DNA of 64,000 nt, taken from an uncultured Nitrospinota bacterium (lineage in GTDB: Bacteria > Tectomicrobia > Entotheonellia > J063 > CAVPRW01). The DNA is taken from the NCBI GenBank assembly GCA_963707985.1, contig CAVPRW010000031.1:32001-96000 (forward strand), given 5' to 3'. Position numbers and translations under genes: made by a program. How positions within the stretch are numbered: the first letter of the stretch is position 1; each line of letters starts with the position of its first letter. Shown here in pieces: positions 20,025 to 31,205 of this stretch. Under the pieces are notes generated by a model. It saw nothing but the letters and a program-made list of their open reading frames with translations, did not search any database and was not told the origin of the DNA.

Positions 20025-20164
20025 CGAACTTCCGATCCGTGTTATCGTGCCATGAAACCTGGCTGAAGCGCTTCTGAGAGTCAAGTCTAGCAGAGACCAC
20101 ACCCGAGAGGATGGCCGGGACTGTTGTGATAGTGCCGTGCCAGTGGCTAGAAAGGGGTGCCAGT

Positions 20165-20704
20165 ATGCAAACACCTCCTGACCCACGCAAATCGGCAGGG
20201 CCGAAATTGCGTATCAATCGAATGATCCGTGCCCGCGAGGTACGGGTGATCGGGTCGGAAGGCGAACACCTGGGTGTTGTGCCGTTGGAGGAGGCATTCA
20301 CAATCGCCGCCGCACAGGGGCTCGATCTCGTTGAAGTGTCGCCGGACGCTGAGCCGCCAGTGTGCAAGATCATCGATTATGGGAAGTTTCGCTACATGCA
20401 GGATAAGCGTGGGCGCGAGGCGAAAAAGAAACAGCGAGTGATCCAGGTCAAGGAAGTCCGCATGCGCCCCAAGACCGAAGAGAACGATTATCTGGTCAAG
20501 AGCCGCCAGGTTCGTCGCTTTCTCGAGGAGGGAAACAAAGCCAAGGTGAGCATGCGATTTCGTGGACGCGAGCATGAGCATGCGGAGCTTGGTCAGCAGA
20601 AACTTGAACGGCTGATGATCGAGATGCAAGACCTGGCCAATATCGAACAGGCCCCGCAGATGGAGGGGCGCATGATCACTATGGTCTTAGCCCCGAAACA
20701 CTGA
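20165..20704 (+). CDS. infC: Translation initiation factor IF-3
   Basis: RINRMIRAREVRVI, LDLVEVSPDAEPPVCKIIDYGKF, KEVRMRPKT, FRGRE. Confidence 0.95.
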   Translation: MQTPPDPRKSAGPKLRINRMIRAREVRVIGSEGEHLGVVPLEEAFTIAAAQGLDLVEVSPDAEPPVCKIIDYGKFRYMQDKRGREAKKKQRVIQVKEVRMRPKTEENDYLVKSRQVRRFLEEGNKAKVSMRFRGREHEHAELGQQKLERLMIEMQDLANIEQAPQMEGRMITMVLAPKH

Positions 20705-20847
20705 GCGCTGCCACCCGGTACCGCTGTTCCCGCGAGCGCGGCAGATCGGCTGGGCCGCTGCGGCGTGATTACCCCTGTCAACGCGTCGCTCCGGAGGATG
20801 GTATGGCCCTCCGCCGGTTTGGCGTGGGATGAGCCGTGGGAGGATGC

Positions 20848-22570
20848 ATGACGGTCGGATATTTGGGTCCAGAAGGAACCTATACCGACGAAGCCGCCAA
20901 ACAGCTGTTTCCCGCGACTGCCCCGCCTGCCTCACCCATCCATCGACGCCGTCTTCGCTGCCGTCGCATCGCGTGCTATCAGCGCTGGGAGTGGTGCCGA
21001 TAGAGAGCCTGGTGCAGGGACCCGTGACGGAAACCTTGGACAACCTGTTTCGGTATGCCGGGCAGGTCACCATCGGCGACATGTTGGTGCTGCCGATCGA
21101 TCATGCCATTGGGGCGTTGGGGGGGCCGTCGGGCATCCACCGCATCCTGTCCAAGGACCAAGCGCTGCATCAGTGCTCGGAATATCTCGCGCATCAGTTT
21201 CCACAGGCGGTGTTGGTTGACACCCCCAGTACCACGGCTGCGATGGAGATGATCGTTCAACAGGGGTGGCGCGACGCTGCTGCTATCGGCAATGCTGCAG
21301 CCCTGCAACAGTATGGCCTGGAGGTACTCGCCCGGGGCATTGGGAATCCGCCTCAGAATAAGACGAAATTCGCGGTGCTTGGCGACCGCTTTCACGCGCC
21401 GACCGGCACTGACGCCACCTCATTCGTCATCTATCCCCATCGCGATCGCATCGGCCTGCTGGAAGACATCCTGCACTTCATTAGCCGTGATGGGGGGTTA
21501 AACCTCTCCTCGATTCATTCACGCCCCGACACCAAGGGGGGCTTTCGGTTTTATATCGAGGTCGAGGGCCATGCCGAAGATCTCGCCGTGGCCCGTTGCC
21601 TGGCGGCTATGGAACAATCCCTGGCGGCCGATGGCGTCGAAGTGCGGGTCTTTGGCGCGTATCCGCGGCGGATGTTCAACGAGCCGCGCCTCCATACCAT
21701 CGGCTTGATCGGCGGCACGGGGCTGATGGGAGGCTGGTTCAGGCCATTCTTCGAGAAGGCCGGTTACCAGGTTTTGATCAGCGGCCGCAGCTACACCCCT
21801 CACCTATCAAGAATGCATCGCGCAATCGGACGCGGTGATCATGAACGTCCCCATCAGCCACACCATCGAATTGATCCACAAATTGGGGCATTTCTTCCGG
21901 CCTGGGCAATTGATGGTTGATAATACCTCGATCAAAACGCAGCCGGTGGCGGCGATGCTGGAGGTGGCTCCGGAGGGGGTCGAGGTCCTCGGCATGCACA
22001 CGGTCTTTGGCCCGACGATTACCGAGTTGCGTCGCCAGAATGTGATTTTTACGTCTACTGCTGCAATCGGGAGAACTGGCCCAGGAATTCGAGGGAATTT
22101 TCTATAAGCATGGGGCGACGATTACGCATACCACCCCGGAGTATCACGATCGGCAGATGGCGTTTCATCAGAACCTTGAGCATTTTACCAAAGTCGTCCT
22201 GGCCGAGGTGTTGCGCGCGCAATTCGGCACTCCCGAGATGATGGCGAGCTATAGCTCACCGAACTCGCGCCTGTCGCTCATTACCATGGGTCGTGTCCTC
22301 AAGGGTGATCCCGAACTCTATGCTGAGATTCAGACGCAAAACCTCCAGGGGGCCAAAATGCTCCAGGAGTATCTGCGCATCGCTGGCGAGATCGGTCGCG
22401 CGTTGATCCAGGGGGATGCGAGCCACTTCGCGCAGGTGATGCGGCGTCGGCGGACGTGTTTGGGAGGGATTTTCTGGCCCATGCCGTTGACACCTCAAAT
22501 GCGATTCAGGAGGCAACCGCCATACCTCTCTCCCGCAATCTTCTGCCTTAAACCGCTGTCGATCCACTAG
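20848..22570 (+). CDS. Prephenate dehydratase-ACT / prephenate dehydrogenase fusion, several frameshifts, end approximate
   Basis: MTVGYLGPEGTY, GVVPIES, QALHQC, NKTKF, ACT IHSRP, then in the same frame IGLIGGTGLMGGWF. Later frames give DNTSIK, GMHTVFGP, HDRQMAFHQNL. Confidence 0.8.
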
Positions 22571-22587
22571 TTCTGTCAGGAGGGACG

Positions 22588-22914
22588 ATGTCCGAGGCTG
22601 ATCAGCCCGTGCGTGACCTGGTGCGCCAGGCGCTGATCGAATGCGCAGGGAACTGGAACGCGGCCGAGCAACTGTGCTATCAGCGGCTGGCAGAAGACCC
22701 CGACCTGCACGAGCAGATCGCGCAGATCTGTGTGGAATGGGTCATCCGGAATGTCATCACGGCCGAGGGGCGTCGACAACAGCAGCAGGAGGCCAATCGG
22801 TTGCGGGAAGCGCGCGAGGCGGCGGAGCACGACCAGGAAATCAAACAAACCGTGGACGAGTTTCTTGAAAATCTCCGAGGCAAGCATAAGGAGAGATACC
22901 GATCATTCTCATGA
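22588..22914 (+). CDS. Hypothetical helical protein
   Basis: GGAGG RBS, 108-aa ORF. Confidence 0.55.
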   Translation: MSEADQPVRDLVRQALIECAGNWNAAEQLCYQRLAEDPDLHEQIAQICVEWVIRNVITAEGRRQQQQEANRLREAREAAEHDQEIKQTVDEFLENLRGKHKERYRSFS

Positions 22915-23280
22915 CCTATAAACTGTATCGAAGCGAGGTGAAGCCCTGTGGATCAGGTTTCTTCAAAGAGTCAACAACACGAGACTCTACCTCCGATAGT
23001 GACCCCTAGTTGTGTGATGGGCTTTTTCCCCTTCTGACCTGCCACGATCAAGAGTTTTTCCTCGAGACTACCCGGGCTATTGGCCATACTGGTGCTTGGG
23101 GTGTCACTGTTTGCCAAGCAGATTTATCATCGCCAGCATGCGAATAAGCTGTCATATGTCCCTAACACACTCCTGCGTCAGCATTTCCTTGAAGATGTCA
23201 AGGAGGCTTTTCGCCGAGAGACCGACCAACAAATGGCACAACACGATGCCAGCGATGAGTAGATCGCGGAGGTTCTGACT

Positions 23281-23772
23281 ATGGATCTACAACCACAGGA
23301 TAGATTATTCAACGAGAAGAGGGACTCCATCGCCCAGGCAATCCATGAAAAGTACCTCCGCAATCAGGAGGGGAGGAAGCCCTCTGACGATCCCGCCATG
23401 GCCTCCTGGGAGACACTCTCGGAGCCGTTGAAAGAGTCAAACCGCCAGCAGGCTGGCCAGATCATGGAGAAACTGAGGAGGATCGAGTGTGAAATCAGGC
23501 TCCCCATAAGTGGTCAGCCGGCGTCCTTCGAGTTCGAACCAGATGAAGAAGAAATCCTTGCAGAAATGGAACATGACCACTGGGTAGCCGAGCGACAGGT
23601 GGCAGGCTGGCGGCTGGGCCCGCGCGACCCCGAGAAGAAAATTAGCCCCTACCTCGTTGCCTGGAATAAGCTGGACGAACAAATAAAGGAGTATGATCGA
23701 GATGCCGTGCGCGGCATTCCGGGCATTCTGGCTGAGGTGGGGTTAGAGATATATCGGCCCCGCTCGACATAA
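23281..23772 (+). CDS. RyR-domain protein (two repeats)
   Basis: WETLSEPLKESNR; LAEMEHDHWVAERQVAGWRLGPRDPEKKISPYLVAWNKLDEQIKEYDR. Confidence 0.8.
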   Translation: MDLQPQDRLFNEKRDSIAQAIHEKYLRNQEGRKPSDDPAMASWETLSEPLKESNRQQAGQIMEKLRRIECEIRLPISGQPASFEFEPDEEEILAEMEHDHWVAERQVAGWRLGPRDPEKKISPYLVAWNKLDEQIKEYDRDAVRGIPGILAEVGLEIYRPRST

Positions 23773-23901
23773 GAGGCAATGCTGAAAGCAGCTGGCTGGC
23801 GCGGTCGATGGTCATGCGAAAGCCCCTGCATATGCAGCCGCAGACACTTGATCAGTCCAGCGCTACTGCGGTGACCCACTCTTGCTCAGGGCTTACCAGC
23901 T

Positions 23902-26208
23902 TTACGCCACACCCCGCTGCATGGCCCGCCAGATCTTCTCAGCCGTGAGGGGTAAGTCCAGGTGGCGGATGCCCCAGGGGGTGAGCGCATCCATGACGGC
24001 ATTGGCGACGGCCACTGGCGCCGCCACGGTCGGCAGCTCCCCGATCCCCTTCACCCCAAGGGGATTCGTCGGCGACGGTGTCTGCCGGATATCCAGGTGG
24101 ATGACTGGAACGTCGTCGGCACTTGGGATGGCATAGTCCAACAAACTTCCGGTGAGCGGCTGGCCGTCGGCGCTATAGGTCATCGCCTCTGCTAATGCTG
24201 GGCCAATCCCCTGGGCGATGGCACCATGTACCTGCCCCGCCAACAGCGTGGGGTTGATCACCCGTCCACAGTCGTGCACCGCTGCATAGCGCAGAAACCG
24301 CACTTCTCCGGTGGCGCGATCGACTTCGATGACCGCGATATGGGCGGCAAACCCAAAAGGGTTCTCCGGTAGCAAAAAGCTGACCAGACATTCCAGCCCC
24401 GGTTCCATGCCAGGGGGTAACACTTCGGCCCGGTACGCGGCGGCAGCAACCTGTGAAAACGTCAGGGCCTGATCGGGATAGCGCTCGTCGAAGACACGTC
24501 CGCCCTGGAACACGATGGCTTCGGCTGGACACTCCAGAAAGCGGGCGGCGATACGTGCCATCTTCTGGCGCGCCTCCTGTAACCCTACGTACACCGCCGA
24601 GCCGCCAATGGTCAGGCCACGACTGGCGAAAGTGCCCTGGCCTGCCGGCAGCATGTCGGTATCCCCGTGTAACACCTGAACGTCTTCGACTTGCACCCCC
24701 AGCTCATCGGCGGCGATTTGGGCAAACGTGGTCTCGGTGCCCTGGCCGTGCGGCGATACCTCGGTGTACACCTTGATGTGGCCTGTGGGTTCGACACGGA
24801 TCCGGGCCTGACTGCTTTTCATCTCACCTCGACCACCCGAGGCTTTGACCACCGTAGCCACTCCGATGCCGATGCGCGGCTCCTGTCCGCCTCTGGCACG
24901 CTGCTGTTGACGGAAACTCTCATACTCCGCCAGCTCTAGCGCACGCTCGAACGCTGGTAAGAAATCTCCGGAGTCATAGAGGAGACCCGTTGCCGTTCGA
25001 TATGGGAAGTCTTGCGGCAGAATAAAGTTGCGCTTCCGCACCGCGCTCGGATCGAGGTTCAGCTCATGAGCGATCAGGTCGATGGTGCGCTCCATGAAGA
25101 AGGCGCCCTCCGGGCCTCCCGCACCGCGATAGGGTCCGGTGGGTGGCTTATTGGTCAGCACACCCAGGCACTCGACCGCCATGCTCGGAATGGCATAGGG
25201 TCCGGCGACCCGATGCGCGGCGTTGATCGGGGGCCCCGCGGTCGCAGTCAAGAAGTAGGCCCCCACATCGGCGACTATGTGGAAACGCATGCCCAGGATA
25301 GAGCCATCCCGTAGTACCGCCGCCTCCACCTCCGCAGCATAGCCGCGGCCGTGGTATGCGAGGAGATTCTCCCAACGGTCTTCGACCCATTTGATGGGGC
25401 GTCCCAGTTCCATGGCGAGGTAGCTAAGGGCGATATCCTCGGGCCAGGTCTCCACCTTCTGGCCGAAGCCGCCGCCGACGTCCGGGGCGATGACGCGTAG
25501 CTGGCTTGGCGGGCGCATCAGGAGCCGTTGCACCGAGTTTTTCAGCCGATGCGGCACCTGCGTCGAGGCCCATAGCGTTAGGAGGTCGGCCTCGGGCTGA
25601 TACTGTGCCAGCAGGCCCCGGCCCTCCATGGGGGCCGGGGAGAGACGTGGCACCTCATAGCGTCCGCGGACGATGGCATCGGCTTGGGCGAATGCGTCCG
25701 CCACATCCCCCCGCCCTTCGTGGATACGCATGGCGACATTGCTGCCAAACACCTCATGAATCGGGATGCCACCCCCTTGGGCCGCTTCCCAGGGGTCCAT
25801 GACGGGCGGCAGGGATTGATAATCCACCTCGATGTGGTCCAGGGCATCACGAGCGAGGTAGCGGTCATGCGCCACGGCAATCGCCACCGGCTGGCCCACA
25901 TAGCACACCTTCTCCCGCGCCAGCACCGGGTGCTCAGGGACCGAAACTCCCTCTAGCTCCGGTGTGGGCCGGGGTGGAATATCCCTAACCTTGCCGACGA
26001 GATCCTGAGCCGTCAGCACCTGCACGACGCCGGGCAGACGCCGCGCCGCCGCAGGGTCAAGGCGCCGAATGTGGGCATGCGCGTGGACACTACGCAGCAC
26101 CACCGCATACAGCATATCCGGCAGGTGCAGGTCATCGACGAAAGTGCCCTGGCCTGTCAGGAGCCGAGGGTCTTCGAAGCGTTTGATGGGTTGACCGACA
26201 TAGCTCAT
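23902..26208 (-). CDS. Xanthine dehydrogenase-family molybdopterin-binding large subunit (CoxL-like)
   Basis: GQPIKRFEDPRLLTG, DVGGGFGQK, PYRGAG, HGQGTET, GVKGIGE. Confidence 0.9.
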   Translation of the reverse strand: MSYVGQPIKRFEDPRLLTGQGTFVDDLHLPDMLYAVVLRSVHAHAHIRRLDPAAARRLPGVVQVLTAQDLVGKVRDIPPRPTPELEGVSVPEHPVLAREKVCYVGQPVAIAVAHDRYLARDALDHIEVDYQSLPPVMDPWEAAQGGGIPIHEVFGSNVAMRIHEGRGDVADAFAQADAIVRGRYEVPRLSPAPMEGRGLLAQYQPEADLLTLWASTQVPHRLKNSVQRLLMRPPSQLRVIAPDVGGGFGQKVETWPEDIALSYLAMELGRPIKWVEDRWENLLAYHGRGYAAEVEAAVLRDGSILGMRFHIVADVGAYFLTATAGPPINAAHRVAGPYAIPSMAVECLGVLTNKPPTGPYRGAGGPEGAFFMERTIDLIAHELNLDPSAVRKRNFILPQDFPYRTATGLLYDSGDFLPAFERALELAEYESFRQQQRARGGQEPRIGIGVATVVKASGGRGEMKSSQARIRVEPTGHIKVYTEVSPHGQGTETTFAQIAADELGVQVEDVQVLHGDTDMLPAGQGTFASRGLTIGGSAVYVGLQEARQKMARIAARFLECPAEAIVFQGGRVFDERYPDQALTFSQVAAAAYRAEVLPPGMEPGLECLVSFLLPENPFGFAAHIAVIEVDRATGEVRFLRYAAVHDCGRVINPTLLAGQVHGAIAQGIGPALAEAMTYSADGQPLTGSLLDYAIPSADDVPVIHLDIRQTPSPTNPLGVKGIGELPTVAAPVAVANAVMDALTPWGIRHLDLPLTAEKIWRAMQRGVA

Positions 26209-26427
26209 CGTTCTGCGCTCCACCTGAGGTTGGCATGCCAGCGTCAATGCGCCAGCGTATGGTAGTCCGTGAGGGGTATGCAGGCAAGAAGAAAGCGTGT
26301 GGATGTGACTAAGCATATGGTTCGCAAAGGGAAGGGTCGCAAGACACATCTGGGCTTGACCCCTCTCGATGGCTCAGCTATCCTGCGCGGCATCCATCCG
26401 CCACCCCTTGGAAAGGAGACACAGGCT

Positions 26428-27177
26428 ATGGCCACGCTTGCGGATTATGCCGAAAAATACCAGACCATCCGTATGGAACGCCGCGACGGCATCCTACAGA
26501 TGACCTTCCATACGGACGGTCACACCCTGCAGTGGGGCGAGCTGCCGCATCGGGAATTTCCCCAGGCCTTTCACGATATCGCCACCGACCCCGACAACAA
26601 AGTGGTGATCATGACTGGGACGGGCGAAGGGTTCTCCGGCCCACGTGCCAGCCCGGACGCACGCCTCAGGCGATCGGCGGCGGCCTGGGATAAGACCTAC
26701 TGGGAAGGGAAGCATCTGCTATGGAACCTGCTGGACATCGAGGTGCCGATGATTAGCGCCATCAATGGCCCGGCACTGCGCCATTCCGAGTTGCCGTTGT
26801 TATGCGACATCGTTCTGGCTGCCGAGGAGACGACGTTCCAAGACTCGGCACATTTTACCAATGGGATGGTACCCGGCGACGGCATGCACATCCTCTATCC
26901 GCTGCTCATGGGGCTGAATCGGGGGCGCTACTTTCTCCTCACTGGCCAGATTCTCAGCGCTCGGCAGGCGCAGGAAGTCGGCCTGGTCAATGAGGTCCTA
27001 CCCCGCCAGGAGCTGCTGCCCCGCGCCTGGGCCCTGGCCGAACAGCTGGCGCAACGACCACCGCTGGTGTTGCGCTATAGTCGAGTGCTCCTGACGCAAT
27101 ACCTGAAGCGCCAGATGCACGATTTGCTAGGATACGGGTTAGCGCTGGAAGGGTTGGGGGTCGCGGCTGAATCGTAA
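26428..27177 (+). CDS. Enoyl-CoA hydratase/isomerase (crotonase) family protein
   Basis: PMISAINGPA, VPGDG, GLVNEVLP; AGGAG RBS. Confidence 0.88.
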   Translation: MATLADYAEKYQTIRMERRDGILQMTFHTDGHTLQWGELPHREFPQAFHDIATDPDNKVVIMTGTGEGFSGPRASPDARLRRSAAAWDKTYWEGKHLLWNLLDIEVPMISAINGPALRHSELPLLCDIVLAAEETTFQDSAHFTNGMVPGDGMHILYPLLMGLNRGRYFLLTGQILSARQAQEVGLVNEVLPRQELLPRAWALAEQLAQRPPLVLRYSRVLLTQYLKRQMHDLLGYGLALEGLGVAAES

Positions 27178-27252
27178 GGCCATTCGCCGGGCTTGATTGA
27201 CCTCTTGGCGAGTGAGATCAGTCAGGACAATGTTCGGCTTGGAGGTGTGCTC

Positions 27253-28458
27253 ATGTTTCTGATGCGATTCACGGAACGTGCCTACGTCAACTATACCGAA
27301 GAAGATGTCAAAAATAGCTCTCGCAGCGCTGTGCGCTTGACCTTTTCCAACAGCCATTTCGACCCCCGCCTCGGGGCTGATCTGTATCACCAGTATCTGG
27401 ACGAATACGAGTACGCCGAAGCGATGGGGTTTGATGGATTGATGCTGAACGAACATCATAATACCCCCACCTGTATGGGCGCGGCCATGAACCTCGAGGC
27501 CGCCATCCTGGCCAGGACTACGCAGCGCGCCAAAATTGTGCTGCTGGGCAACCCGCTGCCGATCTTCGACAACCCAGTACGACTCGCCGAGGAATTGGCC
27601 GAGATCGACATGCTTTCCAGGGGTCGGCTGGTGTCGGGCTTCGTGCGCGGCACCGGGGTTGAGACCTGGGCCACCAACATCAACCCGGTGCATAACCGCG
27701 AGCGTTTCGAGGAGGCACACGACCTCATTCTCAAGACCTGGACGACACCGGGGCCATTTCGCTGGGAAGGCAAACATTACCACTTCCGGGTGGTCAACCC
27801 ATTTGAGCTGCCGTTGCAAAAGCCGCATCCACCGGTATGGATTCCCGGCACTGGAAGTCCGGAAACCTTGGTGTGGTGCGCCGAGCGCCACTATCCCTAT
27901 ATCTATCTCGAGACCGATGTCGAAGCCACCCAGGATATGATCGGGGTGTATGCCGAGACCGCACGTGTACACGGCTACGAGCCTGGGCCACAGCACTTTG
28001 GATACCTGGCGCGCATCCACGTCCAGGATACCGACGAGAAGGCCAGAGAGGTCGCACGAGGCTACCTCGTCGGCAATGTAGGTGTCGGGCGCATTCCCCT
28101 GCCGCCCCATTATATGAGCCCCCCAGGGTACAACAGCCGCGACGCGCGTTTCCGCAAGCTCAGCGAACGCATCCGTCGCGATCCATTGCGGGGCGGTGGT
28201 GTCGACACCGCGACCTATGAAGCCATCTTACAGGCCAACCGCATCATTGCCGGCAGCCCCGACACCGTCATCGAAAAGTTGCGCACGGTATTGTCGGCAG
28301 TGCGGCCGGGGATCCTTGGCGTGTGGACCAATGACGGCTCCATCAGTCATGAGGATAGCATGCGGTGCCTGACGTTGATGGGGCAGGAAGTCCTGCCTGC
28401 ACTGCGGGACATCGCCAAAGAACTGGAGCTTACGGACCCCTTCCAGACACCACCCTAG
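27253..28458 (+). CDS. LLM-class flavin-dependent oxidoreductase
   Basis: GFDGLMLNEHH, PVRLAEELAEIDMLSRGRL, PLQKPHPPVW. Confidence 0.9.
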   Translation: MFLMRFTERAYVNYTEEDVKNSSRSAVRLTFSNSHFDPRLGADLYHQYLDEYEYAEAMGFDGLMLNEHHNTPTCMGAAMNLEAAILARTTQRAKIVLLGNPLPIFDNPVRLAEELAEIDMLSRGRLVSGFVRGTGVETWATNINPVHNRERFEEAHDLILKTWTTPGPFRWEGKHYHFRVVNPFELPLQKPHPPVWIPGTGSPETLVWCAERHYPYIYLETDVEATQDMIGVYAETARVHGYEPGPQHFGYLARIHVQDTDEKAREVARGYLVGNVGVGRIPLPPHYMSPPGYNSRDARFRKLSERIRRDPLRGGGVDTATYEAILQANRIIAGSPDTVIEKLRTVLSAVRPGILGVWTNDGSISHEDSMRCLTLMGQEVLPALRDIAKELELTDPFQTPP

Positions 28459-29189
28459 CGGGCAGCGGTGTAGGAGCCACATGAGCCCGATGCGAACCAA
28501 CATGATCGTTGTGTATGGTCGCCAGCGGGCACCTATGGCTCCAGCACGGGGGATCCGTGGTTAGGACGGACGCCGGGGCCAAAAGAAAAACGCCAGGAAC
28601 GCCGCGAGGACTCCCACAACTGCCATGGTGCCGATGAGATCGCCGAGTGTCCATTGGCCGCGATAAGCGGTGCTGCGCGCTGCCCATGCCACTCTGGTCA
28701 GGACTAGCGGGCTGCCAAGAGCCCAGAGCCGCCGGATTGTAGGATAACGAGGCATCGTCCACCCTCCTTTGAGGTACGCTCTCATTTCTCAAGTATGCGC
28801 ACCTCATGTTCCTGGATTCTACCCGACCCTGGTTGGTAGCACAACCAACATTCATGTCCCTTGCCTCCTTCTGCATACACAGCAGGAATATACGCCTCTG
28901 CCAAGCCCAGCATTTTCCTGCGCGTCAGAGCTGTGAGCCAGAGCAACATCAGGCGCCCTCGTATGAAACGATTCAGCATGCTGGCAACTGTTGACTACGA
29001 AGCGAATTGCTGCTGACGTGTTGCTCTGGCAACAATCTCGTCAATGGTCTATCCAGGCCTTCCCTCACCTCACGGCTCCGACCCTTTCCCACCAAGGGTT
29101 GTCGGCATCCCACCCTACGTGAGTGGGATGGCATCGGTTGTGCTCCTTCTCAATGTCCCATTGGGCCTTTTGGGCCTTCGAAGCCGATG

Positions 29190-30124
29190 GGGTTCCACTT
29201 ACACCATAGCGTCCAGTTCCACGATGGGAGTGAGGTCGATGCCGCGGCGGTACGTTTCAGCTTCGAGCGCCTGCTCACTATCGGGAAAGGTCCTGCCGGG
29301 GTCTTCAAACGCATGGGGCTGACCAGTGATCATGTCCGGGTGGTCGACCCCCACACGGTAGAGGTGCGGCTCGGTCGGCCCTATGGATCATTTCTGGCCG
29401 CTATCCCCACAATGTGTATCGTCAACCCAGCGGTAATCAAAGCTCATGAAGAAAATGACGACTGGGCGGAGAAATGGTTGGTGCGGAATGAGGCGGGCTC
29501 CGGCGCTTTCTCGCTGGTCAAATACGATACGGCGACAGGATTCGTCATGGCGCGGTTTCCTGGCCATTGGCGGGGCTGGCGTGAGAAATATGTCGATGAA
29601 GTGGAAATCCGCCTGATCCGCGAGACGTCGAGTCGGGTATTGGCCCTGATGAAGGGCGATATTCACTCAGCAGATACCAACTTACCACCCGACCAACTGG
29701 AGAAGCTGGAAAGGAATCCACGCCTCAAAGTGACTTCCCACGAGTCGATGTCTCCATTCTACATCCGCATGCACAATCAGCGCGAGCCTTTCACCGATAT
29801 CAACGTCCGGAAGGCCTTCAACCACGCCTCAACTATGACAGCTTCATCAAGGATATGCTCAAGGGCCGGGTGGTACGCAACCCTGGGCCCACACCACGCC
29901 CGCTGTGGGGCTATCCGGAAGACGTCACCTGCTTATGACTACGACCTGGACAAAGCCGGCTCTACGAGGAGGCCTACCGATTGGTAGTGGCAGACGCGGC
30001 AGATATCTGGATCTATAACACCGTTGAGCTCGTGCCGGTGGCCAAAAGCGTTCATGGCTTCCAGTTTTCAGCGGTGGGTTCGGGGCAGGAGTTCTGGCCT
30101 ATCTTCATGGAGGCACGCGCTTAA
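29190..30124 (+). pseudogene. Degraded peptide ABC solute-binding protein (N-terminus lost, frameshifts, internal deletion near 29957)
   Basis: VQFHDGSEVDAAAVRFSFERL, AGSGAF, PFTDINVRKAF. After YDYDLDKA it jumps to the C-terminal LYEEAYRLVVADAADIWIY. Confidence 0.75.
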
Positions 30125-30197
30125 AGCGGGAGCGCTGATGTGCCATCCGCACGCTGCCCTCGCGCCACGGCAAGGCACACCATAGGGAGCCGCATCA

Positions 30198-31205
30198 ATG
30201 AAGCTTCTCGCCTATCTTGGACAACGCCTGATCACCATGATTCCGACCATGATCGGGCTCGTCATCTTGACATTTTTCCTGGCAAGGGTGGTGCCGGCTG
30301 ATCCAGTCGCCTTGATCGCCGGCGAGGGTGCCACCCGGGGGCAGATCGACGCCCTGCGGCAACGTTACGGCTTCGATCAGCCCCTGTATGTGCAACTGGG
30401 TATGTACCTCAAACAACTAGCTCTGGGTGACCTCGGTACCAGTCTGTATACCGGACGCCCCGTGCTCAGCGACCTGGTCGAGCGCTTTCCGGCCACGATA
30501 GAGCTGACGCTGATGTCGATCGCACTGGCAACCCTGCTCGGCATCCCGCTCGGCGTGCTTTCTGCGCTCAGGCGGAATTCGTGGTTGGACCACTTCCTGC
30601 GGACCTTTACTACAGCGGGGTTGGCTCTGACCGGATTTTGGCTGGGGATCATGCTGCAACTCCTCTTCAGCATGGATCTGGACTTACTGCCGCTGGGCGG
30701 GCGCATCGGCGTCCCCGAGCCCCACCACATCACCGGTCTGTTCATTGTCGATTCGATCCTGACCCTCAATGGCACAGCCCTGGCCAGTTCCTTAATGCAT
30801 ATCACATTGCCGGCCATGACCCTGGTCTATCCGGCCTTTGCAACCATCACTCGCTTTACCAGATCCGGGGTCTTGGACGTCATGCAACGAGATTTTATCC
30901 TCTATGAAAGGGCCATGGGCCTGCCGCGACTCTTGATCATCTTCAAGTATCTGCTCCGCAATGCTGTGACGTCGACCGTGGCCCAGATCGGTCTGTTGTT
31001 CGGCAGTCTCTTGGCAGGAGCCGTGGTCATCGAGCGAGTCTATGACTGGCCAGGATTGGGATTATACGCCGTGGAGTCGATCGTGAACTTCGATTATCAG
31101 GCCACATTGGGCATCACCTTGTGGGCCGGAGTGGCTTTCAGCCTGGCGAATCTGTTGGTGGACATCGTACAGGCCCTGATCGATCCACGGGTGGTGCAAC
31201 GATGA
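30198..31205 (+). CDS. Peptide ABC permease (DppB-like)
   Basis: GFDQPLYVQ, FPATIELT, IDPRV. Confidence 0.9.
   Translation: MKLLAYLGQRLITMIPTMIGLVILTFFLARVVPADPVALIAGEGATRGQIDALRQRYGFDQPLYVQLGMYLKQLALGDLGTSLYTGRPVLSDLVERFPATIELTLMSIALATLLGIPLGVLSALRRNSWLDHFLRTFTTAGLALTGFWLGIMLQLLFSMDLDLLPLGGRIGVPEPHHITGLFIVDSILTLNGTALASSLMHITLPAMTLVYPAFATITRFTRSGVLDVMQRDFILYERAMGLPRLLIIFKYLLRNAVTSTVAQIGLLFGSLLAGAVVIERVYDWPGLGLYAVESIVNFDYQATLGITLWAGVAFSLANLLVDIVQALIDPRVVQR

Noticed and set aside
23902..26208. True (form I) aerobic CO dehydrogenase
   Set aside because: Active-site loop is PYRGAG, not AYxCSFR, and no medium or small subunit genes are adjacent
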